Positions 55,138 to 64,000 of a DNA stretch of 64,000 nt are shown one piece after another. Both the position numbers and the translations under genes were made by a program. Under the pieces are notes generated by a model. The model was given only the letters and a program-made list of their open reading frames with translations. It ran no database searches and was not told the DNA's origin. This DNA is from Euprymna scolopes. Lineage: Eukaryota. The stretch is from assembly GCA_053919585.1 (NCBI GenBank), contig CM132804.1. One strand, written 5' to 3'. Position 1 is the stretch's first letter; each line of letters opens with the position of its first letter.

Positions 55138-55640
55138 CTACGTGCTCCGAGTACCGTTTTGGATATCGGCAGGTGACAGAAGTCTTATAGTATGAGCCAC
55201 GTCACAATTCCATGCTAGAGAATTTTTAATCATTTGAATGACATCTTCACAAAATGTATTTCTTTCTTCTTTATTGCGAACGATTTGACTCAGCAAGATA
55301 TAATTTTTGTAAGAAAAGAAATCAAGGTCATCATGTAGCATTCTCAAAACTGACGTTCTCGAAATGTCAGCGCATTGTGAGAATATATTGTTTCTGGTGA
55401 GTTTTGCTAAGTGTTCCTGTAAGATCTGAATATTGTAGGGAATTATAACTGAACGAAGATGCATAGCGTGGTCATTGGGGCCATTTTCCACATTTTCCGT
55501 CTCCCGGAATTTGACCACTTAACGTTTAATTGTTTCTTCTACCAGCTTATAGTTGAATCCATATTTGTGCCAAAAAATATCCCAGACATGTTATCTATAC
55601 AACCACAAAATGTGGGAAAAAGTGTGAAACATATGAAACG
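55138..55640 (-). pseudogene. Degenerate DD37D/DD41D-type transposase N-terminal fragment
   Basis: VVKFRET.NVEN...ISRTSVLRMLHDDLDFFSYK...R..FC. Confidence 0.55.
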
Positions 55641-56466
55641 TTTTTAGTCATTTACTCGCGACATGTTTCCGGTATTAACTATTCCTTGTAGAATTAAGTT
55701 AATCCCAGCGACATATTTATTTTGCGTGTGCGTTTTTATGTGTGAAACATAATGTAGCTGTTTAGGATGTTAAACAAACTTTTTTTTAAAGATCCGCCAA
55801 CAAATTAATTCTTTTTTCTTTCTTGCTCTCTTTTTCTCTCTCTCTTTCTTTCTCATTATCCCTGTATCTCTGCTTCTTAACTCCCNNNNNNNNNNNNNNN
55901 NNNNNNNNNNNNNNNNNNNNNNNNNNNNNNNNNNNNNNNNNNNNNNNNNNNNNNNNNNNNNNNNNNNNNNNNNNNNNNNNNNNNNNNNNNNNNNNNNNNN
56001 NNNNNNNNNNNNNNNNNNNNNNNNNNNNNNNNNNNNNNNNNNNNNNNNNNNNNNNNNNAGAGTGAGAGAGACAGATGGGTAACCCTCTTTATCTGTGTCC
56101 ATGTCTGGCCTTAAAACGAAACCTTACTCGAGAGTGTACCTTACATCTAATTGCATTAACATGTTACTATATGTGCATGCGAACAGAATTGTCTTGCAAG
56201 AGGTGTTGGACTGAAGGAGTAAATTAACAATTGTCTCTTACAGTGTGACTATATTATTTGTATTGAACTATCTAGCACAAAGTTGCTTTCCAAGTATTCA
56301 TTAGTACATATTAATTTTTTTCAGTCCTATATTCAAAATACAATGTTATAAAAGACTATTACTAATGTTTGCTGCATATTGGTAATTTTTCTGTCAAAAA
56401 AATATCCAGAAATATATTAGCTCTATGAATGCAGATTTGGCCAATTGAATATATTTCCCAGTCCGT

Positions 56467-56732
56467 TTGTTGGCTGGTTGTTTTTGTTTTACGACATATC
56501 AACCCTTTTACGGTTATTTAATGCCGAGTTCAGTGATTTTTTTCAGTTTTTTTAATAGAATATATATTTTATTTTTCAAGTTAGTTTCTATTTAACCCAT
56601 AGTTGGGACCCTAACAGATCCGGTTCAGAGTGGACCTGGGGGCAATGGCAATTAAAGGGTGGCTCCATACTCCCCAAAACCCGCAAGCTGGGGCCTCACT
56701 ATCGGATATAGTTTAAGATCATATCCAGGACC
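56467..56732 (-). mobile_element. SINE-like retroposon with 11-bp TSD
   Basis: TCCCAGTCCGT at 56456-56466 and 56733-56743; (CAAC/CAAA)-like tail on the minus strand. Confidence 0.7.
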
Positions 56733-56844
56733 TCCCAGTCCGTGAAATGTCCTTAATAATAAAACCATTAACTTAATAAATAAATTACATTTTTTTTTTT
56801 TGTAAAAGTCTAAATCAATAAAGCGGATTGCATGACTAGAAATA

Positions 56845-57781
56845 CGAGGCCTGTCTAAAATGTGTCCCCCTTAGGCCAAAAAAAATATTTCCCATACCTG
56901 ACAGGGTTTGGACCTTCAACATAGGCCCCTGGTGCTGGCACACATTTAGCCCACCGATCGTTCCACTGCTGGAAATATATCTGGATATCTTCTTTTGGAA
57001 TGGTGTTCATTTACGCCATCACGCTCCGCACTATATCTTCTCTGCTCTCAAAACGGGACCCTTTCAGTGACGTCTTCAATCTTGGAAACAACCAGAAGTA
57101 GCAAGGAGCTATGTCTGGAGAGTGGGGAGGTTGTCGGACGACTGGAACTCAATGTTTGGCAAAGAAATTTTGGATCAAATGGGATGAATGTGCGGGGACG
57201 TTGTCGTTGTACAGGTGCCAAATTTTAGCAGTCTACATGTCTAATCTTTTGCGCCCAACTGCATCACAGAGACGCCGGAGAACATCTTGATAGTACTCCT
57301 TTGTAACTGTTTATCCTTCCGATGCGTATTCATGATGTGCGATTCCACGAATATCAAAAAGACAATCAGTACCCCTTTGATTTTGTTTAACTCCTGTTTC
57401 GTTTTTTTTTTTTTTTTTTTTTTTTTTGCCTCGGAGATTCTGATTGCTTCACTTGCGAAGACTGTCTTTTTATTTACGGGTTGTACCCGTATATCAATGA
57501 CTCATCTCCAGTTATCACGACTTCTGGTTGTTTCCAAAATTGAAGGCGCCACTGAAAGGATCCCGTTTTGAGAGTAGACAAGAGATAATCCGGAACGCGA
57601 CGGCGTACGTGAACACTATTCCAAAAGAAGTCTTCCAGTGGTGTTTCCAGTAGTGGAACGATCAGTGAGCTAAGTGTGTGCGAGCAAAAAGGGCCTACTT
57701 GGATGGGGATTAGGGTCCACCCCCGACAGGTATGTAATATTTTTTCTGACCTAAGGTCGGACACTTTTTAGACAGGCCTCG
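56845..57781. mobile_element. mariner derivative with two transposase 3' ends in inverted orientation
   Basis: TIRs CGAGGCCTGTCTAAAA / TTTTAGACAGGCCTCG. RWAKCV..GAY read on minus at the left end and *AKCV...AY on plus at the right end. Confidence 0.8.
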
Positions 57782-57934
57782 TGAAAACTTGGAGATCATC
57801 AGTCTGATTTACTTCTAACTGATCTATTTAGATTATCTTGTAAATAGCTTTTAAAGCATCACTACAACAAAATAATCATAAATTTCTGATTTACGTCATG
57901 TTTTAGAAGAAATATGTATGCATATTTATTTATT

Positions 57935-58330
57935 TAGTTTTTTTCTGTTCACCTCAAACAAGGCACAGTGCCACTTGGACGTAAGGGGATACCATTTAGA
58001 GCCGAAACTATAGGGATACTATGTAGGGAGTTGAGCAGCTAGATGTCTGTTTACAACACTGGAACTTCTGCATATCAGCACAATCAAGGAAACAGAGATA
58101 CGGGAGAAAATACCGAATGCTGTTCGATGGAATAAACTTTTAAAGTAGATAGCTTTCCGACCTATAGGGATCACTATCGTAAATGGTGTAGAATTTTGTT
58201 GCTTGTCGGGTTAGTCGGGGATATTTACATCGAGGGGGGAACACGTGCGTTGACTTCGTCAGTGCACATTCAATTAAAGTACTTGTAAAACAGGCCCAGA
58301 GACGCAACATTTCGGCGATGGGACAGAGAT
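57935..58330 (-). mobile_element. CR1-group LINE 3' fragment
   Basis: Antisense HRRNVASLGLFYKYF and a matching 3' UTR. Confidence 0.75.
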
Positions 58331-58629
58331 GTGGGTTTGGTTTATGGTGAGAAATTTATTACATTAGAAACTCTTTGTCTGAGAGCGAGACACTAGTGGT
58401 CGGAGGTGGCCTTGTAGAGATATCTGATACTCTCATTTTTTTACAAAGGAATCACCACTTATCAAGGCCCGGAGGCCACTCGAGGATCGGGGGTTAATTA
58501 GTATAAATTAGTCAATGGGATTATAGCGTATTAATCATAATTAGTGAAATGTGTGTAAATTGGACTATTTAGAGGGGAGCGGTTCATCAAAAACCTGTTT
58601 ACGTTGGACTGGAAGGCAATCAAATTGTA

Positions 58630-59185
58630 TATTAATTTATTTATTATCTTATCTTTCTAAGTTGTTATTTCACGACGTTTCGGCCAACTATTCCCCTGGC
58701 CTTCGTCAAGTGGTAACTCCTAACTGCATTCTTAGCAATAACTGCCATCCATAGTTGTTGTCGTCTCACCACGTTTTTTTTTCTTTGGCCAATTAAGCTT
58801 CTGTCCGGCTTTGAAGCCGAAGAGATTCAACGTCTCTATCCACTGTGCCACGGGCCCCGAAGGGCGATCAAGGTTGGATATTTTTCGGTCTTATAAATCC
58901 ACGTTAATTTATTATCTGATCTTCCGGAGACTTACCTGGCCAAAAAAAAAAAAAAAAAAAAAACGTGGTGATACGACAACAACTATGGATGGCTGTAATT
59001 GCTGAGAATGCAGTTAGGAGATTCGGAGTTTCTATCCCGTCGCGGTTAGCACCTGGCGAAGGCTAGACGAATAGTGGACCGAAACGTCGTAAAACAGCAA
59101 CTAAGAAAGATAAGGATAATAGTCCGCAATAAATAAAGTAATAAATAATACTTATCTCAATAATGAATTCCAATTAAATAATACA
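58630..59185. mobile_element. PLE-derived insert: two inverted pLTR-like arms, each with an HHR motif, 12-bp TSD
   Basis: Arms ~58630-58795 and ~58935-59150; flanking direct repeat AATCAA(A/G)TTGTA at 58618-58629 and 59186-59197. Confidence 0.75.
58671..58712 (-). ncRNA. Minimal PLE-type hammerhead motif (C3 to U); partner on plus at 59050-59091 (A6 to G)
   Basis: CAC-UUGACGA-A-GGCCA...UGGCC-GAAA-CG-UC^-GUG. The two-copy consensus restores CUGACGA. Confidence 0.7.
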
Positions 59186-59799
59186 AATCAAGTTGTAGTC
59201 AGTTGGAAAGCAGGCAAAAGGAAGAGAGTTCAACAGGCGTGCAGTTCTAATAAAGAAGCTTTGTTCGCGGAATCTACGTTTATGTTTACGCACAGATAAA
59301 GAGTGGGGGGATTATTGATAGTGTTTTCAGCTAGACGAGTTTTTTGTGAAAGTTTGACGATGGGGGGGGGGCATAGATTGAAGGTCAGAACAGCGCGTGC
59401 CATGAAAATAATGATAAAGCAAAGACAGGTTCGCAACGTATCTTTTTTAAGAAAGAGGTTACAGGGAGGAGAAAAGGGCATCCCCACTAAGTTACGAAGT
59501 ATATTTTGAACTCTCTCAAGGCAGAATGAGCTGCTTCTAACAGCTCCTGCCCAAACATGGCAAAGGTACTCCGTCATTGGCCGCACCTGGCATTTATATA
59601 GGTACAGAACTAAAGCATGAGTGAAATATCTACTGGAGCGGTAGAAGGATCCCACCATTTTTCAGCGGCCTTGGAAACGTATGTTTGTAGCAACTTTTTA
59701 CATCGTGGAGCAAACATACATTCTTTGCAGCAACACTCAATATATTTGTTTCAATTCATGTTGCCCGTGAATGTTATAGCGAAGATATTTAACAAGAAG

Positions 59800-59873
<74 letters not shown>

Positions 59874-59968
59874 ATCAAATTTTAGTCATTCAATGAATTT
59901 AAATTTAAATCAATTTTGATCTGAAGCTCAAACATTTCACGTCATAAATTTTTAAATTCATTGAATGA

Positions 59969-60035
<67 letters not shown>

Positions 60036-60039
60036 TCTG

Positions 60040-60475
60040 TTTTTTTTATAAAAACGTTATTGTTTATATATGTGCATACATATTTCAGTGAGTTCCTATT
60101 TAAAGAGACCCACCTCATCAGACGGAAGAAGGAAACTTATTGAAACTAGAATCACAGTTCAATTCGTTTAAAAGAAATATCTCGGTGTGAATTATACTTT
60201 GAAAACAAAAGGGGGGTATAATTTATGAATATAGACAGTACAGGTTTCTGAACGGAGGTATGGAAAATAAACATAATAGCAGGGACTGGAAGAGGAGGGA
60301 TGTACGATTCGGCATGGGTATCACAGCCGGATATTTTTTTATAAACTAACTGAACTGTGATTCTCGTCTCAGTAAGTGTCCTTTTTGGTCTGACGAGGTG
60401 GGTCTCTATGAATAGGTACTTCACCGAAACATGTATGCACATATGTAACCAATAATGTTTGTATAATAAACAAAC
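60040..60475 (+). mobile_element. PLE 3' fragment with inverted pLTR (arms ~60042-60161 and 60351-60470)
   Basis: Inverted arms carry HHRs; the spacer encodes NLMNIDSTG..EVWK, resembling a GIY-YIG C-terminus. Confidence 0.65.
60385..60452 (+). ncRNA. Type I hammerhead ribozyme; degenerate inverted copy at ~60060-60126 (-)
   Basis: UUGGU-CUGACGA-GGUG...CACC-GAAA-CAUGUAUGCACAUAUG-UA^-ACCAA. Confidence 0.85.
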
Positions 60476-60664
60476 TATATATCTACCCTGTCCTCAATTG
60501 AGAACTTTTTAATAATCACGCGGGTTTTATTGGATTTACATCTGGGAAACCAATCTATACAACAATAACACACACACACACACACATATATATATGTGTA
60601 TATACATATATATATGCGTGCGTGTATGTATATTGCGTCCTAGTTTTAGTAGTTTCTTGTCTAG

Positions 60665-60708
60665 CCGCACTGATGAGCTGTGAAATAGCGAAACAGTACT
60701 GTATGTGG
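60665..60708 (+). ncRNA. Minimal type I hammerhead ribozyme in a ~90-bp insert ending at (TA)n
   Basis: CCGCA-CUGAUGA-GCUG ugaaa UAGC-GAAA-CAGUACUG-UA^-UGUGG; self-complementary ACAGUACUGU. Confidence 0.88.
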
Positions 60709-60710
60709 AT

Positions 60711-60762
<52 letters not shown>

Positions 60763-61097
60763 GCAAATATTATTAAATACAACGGAGACATTTTGTCTTA
60801 TAATTCTTTTTTTTAATTTTTCAATTTTTCGTATTGTCTTTTTTGTTTCAAAATCAAAAATATTAATAAAGGATCCATACATGTTGCTGTTACGAGCGCT
60901 TTCGATTCGTCCATGAATCATCATCAGGTGTTAAAAATACAGGATTGCGAAAATGAGGATTAAAAATGAAAACTAAAATATATATAGTCAGTGATGAGTT
61001 AAAATAAAAGTCGATTAAGAATAAAAGTCGATTAAAAATTCGAGTGTTAAAACCAGCAAGTTCGTAGACACCATGTACGAAGTCCGTCCAACACGGA

Positions 61098-61755
61098 CTA
61101 CGCAAGACATTTCAGAACGTTACTGCTTTTTTGAAATGCAATGTCATTTATATTAGGTTGAAGAGTTCTAATGTACGACGCTTCAAGAATCTTTAATTTT
61201 TTTACATTATTTTCCCGTTGTATAATTTTTGTGTTGTCAACGAGGACCTTTCTAACATTGGAGGGGGGACATCTATGTTCTTTTTTTAAATGTTTGTAAA
61301 TCGCGCTTGTGTCGTTAAGGTGCATAGTTATTCGCCGGGACAACGTTGTTGGTCTATGCCCAATATATGTATTATTTTTGGAGTTACATTCTCCAATAGA
61401 GCATTTAAATTTATACACTACATTGGTTTGTTCCAACGTTTTTATCGCCGGTGAAGAGTTGTTTTTAACCACAAGGTTTTGTGTTCGAAATTTCCTATAA
61501 TAGATAATAAATTTAATTTTAAAATTACTGTCAACAGCGTCAAGTATCTTCGTATAATATTTTTTATTGCATTTTCTTCGATTCTGAAATTAGGCGTCAT
61601 TTGATTTTGGTAAAATATATATTAATGGGGTTTGCATTGCGGTGTTGGCTTACGTTATTATTCTGGTTATCGGAAGATTGTAGCATTTTTTTTATTTGTT
61701 CATCAACAATGTAATTGGGGAAATGATTATTGATGAGTACTTGTTTAATGTTTTT
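61098..61755 (-). pseudogene. PLE RT-thumb/linker plus GIY-YIG endonuclease, 5'-truncated
   Basis: IKQVLINNHFPNYIVDEQI...VVYKFKC...C....TYIGH...LSRRITMH...IYKHL..EH...LKILEASYIRTLQPNIN. Confidence 0.88.
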
Positions 61756-61819
61756 TATTTTTAGTGGAGGATATCATTTTAGCGCGATTTAGTAAATTTT
61801 TTATTATTATTTTTTTTTA

Positions 61820-62087
61820 CATTGGGCATAGACCAACAACGTTGTCCCGGCGAATAACTATGCACCTTAACGACACAAGCGCGATTTACAAACATTTAAA
61901 AAAAGAACATAGATGTCCCCCCTCCAATGTTAGAAAGGTCCTCGTTGACAACACAAAAATTATACAACGGGAAAATAATGTAAAAAAATTAAAGATTCTT
62001 GAAGCGTCGTACATTAGAACTCTTCAACCTAATATAAATGACATTGCATTTCAAAAAAGCAGTAACGTTCTGAAATGTCTTGCGTAG
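61820..62087 (+). pseudogene. GIY-YIG C-terminal half (inverted duplicate)
   Basis: Translation identical to the minus copy from YIGH to the stop. Confidence 0.88.
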
Positions 62088-62249
62088 TCCGTGTTGGACG
62101 GACTTCGTACATGGTGTCTACGAACTTGCTGGTTTTAACACTCGAATTTTTAATCGACTTTTATTCTTAATCGACTTTTATTTTAACTCATCACTTACTA
62201 TATATATTTTAGTTTTCATTTTTAATCCTCATTTTCGCAATCCTGTATT

Positions 62250-62296
62250 TTTATCATCTGATGATGATTCATGGACGAATCGAAAGCGCTCGTAAC
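62250..62296 (+). ncRNA. Minimal PLE-type hammerhead motif; mirror copy 60890-60934 (-)
   Basis: CUGAUGA-U-GAUUC auggac GAAUC-GAAA-GCGC-UC^; palindromic AGCGCU; stem I weak. Confidence 0.7.
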
Positions 62297-62443
62297 AGCA
62301 ATATGTATGGATCCTTTATTAATATTTTTGATTTTGAAACAAAAAAGACAATACGAAAAATTGAAAAAAAAAAAAAAAAGAATTATAAGACAAAATGTCT
62401 CCGTTGTATTTAATAATATTTGCTTGAATGAAAAAATGCTGCC

Positions 62444-62493
<50 letters not shown>

Positions 62494-62498
<5 letters not shown>

Positions 62499-62557
62499 AT
62501 TTATAAAATATATATGGCGATTAAGCTTAATCGCCATATATATTTTATAAATTACTA
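62494..62557. repeat. Perfect 64-bp spacerless palindrome
   Basis: TAGTAATTTATAAAATATATATGGCGATTAAG|CTTAATCGCCATATATATTTTATAAATTACTA; left arm identical to 62717-62750. Confidence 0.95.
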
Positions 62558-62659
62558 ACTAGCTCTACCTACGTATTGAGCACTTTTGAAGTAAATACTT
62601 AAAGTTTATGCATAAATCTATACTTTCGTATATTAAATTTGTGTGAGTAAATGAAGTAG

Positions 62660-62721
<62 letters not shown>

Positions 62722-62744
62722 ATTTATAAAATATATATGGCGAT

Positions 62745-62797
62745 TAAGCTACACTGAATATTCTGCGTTTCATCCACTCTAGGATTCGTCAGGCTTA
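62745..62797 (-). ncRNA. Type I hammerhead ribozyme
   Basis: UAAGC-CUGACGA-AUCC uagagu GGAU-GAAA-CGCAGAAUAUUCAGUG-UA^-GCUUA. Confidence 0.85.
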
Positions 62798-62825
62798 TGC
62801 GCGAATACTGTAGTTGCTTCTTGTT

Positions 62826-62901
62826 TTTATATATGTTGAGGATTTTTAGTTAGCCAATCAGCTTTCTAGTATCCACTGCGTCCCTTCCTATCAGCCAATG
62901 G
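62826..62901 (-). promoter_or_regulatory. Putative Pol II promoter: two NF-Y-type CCAAT boxes and TATA upstream of the HHR
   Basis: AGCCAATCAG (62852-62861), AGCCAATGGG (62893-62902); TATATAAA on minus at 62833-62826, ~30 nt before HHR stem I. Confidence 0.45.
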
Positions 62902-62982
62902 GGATTGCATTTTATCGAACAAAGCATCTGTTTTAGAACTAGGTTAGTGGTTTGAGGTAGACGTAAATCCAATATATATATA

Positions 62983-63420
62983 TTAGGTTGGGAGGATTAA
63001 TCGGAATCGGAATCAGGAATCGGAAAAAATCTGAGCTTTTTGGGGTATCGGAATCGGTATCGAAATCGGAAAAAATTGCGTCTATTTTCCGATGCCAAAA
63101 CCGATTCCCTTAATTATCTTCTTTATTTGATTTTGGTTTAAGAAACATCTTCCACTGCTTGTAATAATAATAAAATAATAAATATTTTTTGATTTAAATT
63201 TCCAGTAAAACTAAAATCTCTTGTTCACTCCCTCATAAGTGTGTTCTTACGTCTGAGGAAATATATGCACATTTAACACGTGTTTTTAAAGTAATCGTGG
63301 CAAAATAACACTTTTATAGTTAAATATTTAGAGATTCATAAAGAATCAGAATCGGAATCGGTAATTGTATCGGAATCGGGAGTTTACTAGAGTATCGGTA
63401 ATTGTATCGGAAACGAGAAA
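62983..63420. mobile_element. Probable hAT-type non-autonomous element end with (AATCGG)n subterminal repeats
   Basis: TAGGTTGGG start followed by clustered AATCGG/TATCGG hexamers; runs into an N gap. Confidence 0.45.
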
Positions 63421-64000
63421 NNNNNNNNNNNNNNNNNNNNNNNNNNNNNNNNNNNNNNNNNNNNNNNNNNNNNNNNNNNNNNNNNNNNNNNNNNNNNNNN
63501 NNNNNNNNNNNNNNNNNNNNNNNNNNNNNNNNNNNNNNNNNNNNNNNNNNNNNNNNNNNNNNNNNNNNNNNNNGGGAGAGAAAGAGAGGAAAAGAAACGA
63601 TCAATGTGCATAGCAGGATCAGACAGAATATATGGCTATGGCCCCCATCCATGTGCTACTCTATACCTGTATAATGCATTTGAGCTGGGCGTCTCACAAC
63701 CGAATGAGCTTCGTTACCTTCACGACGGCGGCAACGTAAAATGAGTTGCTCACACATTGTGCACAACTTTTGACACACCGTAGTGTAAGATTATTTCTTA
63801 CATAAACAAACACGCACAGAACATGTTAATGGCCGCCTCTTCGTGTTACTTCCACTCCGCTTCTTCAACATGTTTCGGAGGGAAGGTGATATTTCGCTAC
63901 ATACTGATAAGGGGAAAATGCTATATCGGATGTATTCTGGATAGACGTTTTACGCCAGAAACTATTTTGAGCCGGCCTTATCAATCCGGCTGATTATTGT

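Larger units (their letters stand above)
58435..59680 (-). mobile_element. CR1 fragment (same family as 21191-22445) interrupted by a palindromic HHR insert
   Basis: MVGSFYRSSRY..YKCQVRPMTEYLCHVWAGA at 59230-59658; 3' UTR at 58435-58629. Confidence 0.85.
60758..62446. mobile_element. Young Penelope-like element insertion: minus copy (61800 to 60758) plus inverted plus copy (61820 to 62446), (TA)n on both sides
   Basis: Near-identical inverted arms with GIY-YIG coding sequence, 3' UTR/pLTR and HHR. Confidence 0.92.

Noticed and set aside
62085-62300. SECIS element or selenocysteine recoding in the PLE
   Set aside because: No in-frame UGA in the retained coding part; the hairpins lack the AUGA/GA quartet with apical AA.

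Overview
AT-rich, repeat-dominated eukaryotic (animal) DNA with seven N-gaps and no confidently identifiable host protein-coding gene. The repeat repertoire and dense (TA)n microsatellites suggest an invertebrate, possibly an octopod cephalopod (inference only). Contents: many CR1/Jockey-group LINE fragments; two near-complete cut-and-paste transposons, each with one frameshift (a Tc1 DD34E IR/DR element at 52520-54156 and a GC-rich IS630-like DD35E element at 38976-40587); mariner and hAT remnants; about ten non-autonomous Helitrons; three minisatellites; and Penelope-like element (PLE) remnants. The most striking signal, invisible in the ORF track, is a dispersed set of at least 8 sequence-distinct minimal type I hammerhead ribozyme (HHR) motifs (about 14 copies), mostly in short inserts within (TA)n and often in inverted or palindromic pairs. 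In one case (62494-62557 versus the HHR at 62745-62797) a perfect palindrome folds back exactly at the predicted self-cleavage site, and that ribozyme lies just downstream of a CCAAT-CCAAT-TATA promoter-like module. All structures were read by eye. Boundaries of degenerate repeats are approximate.
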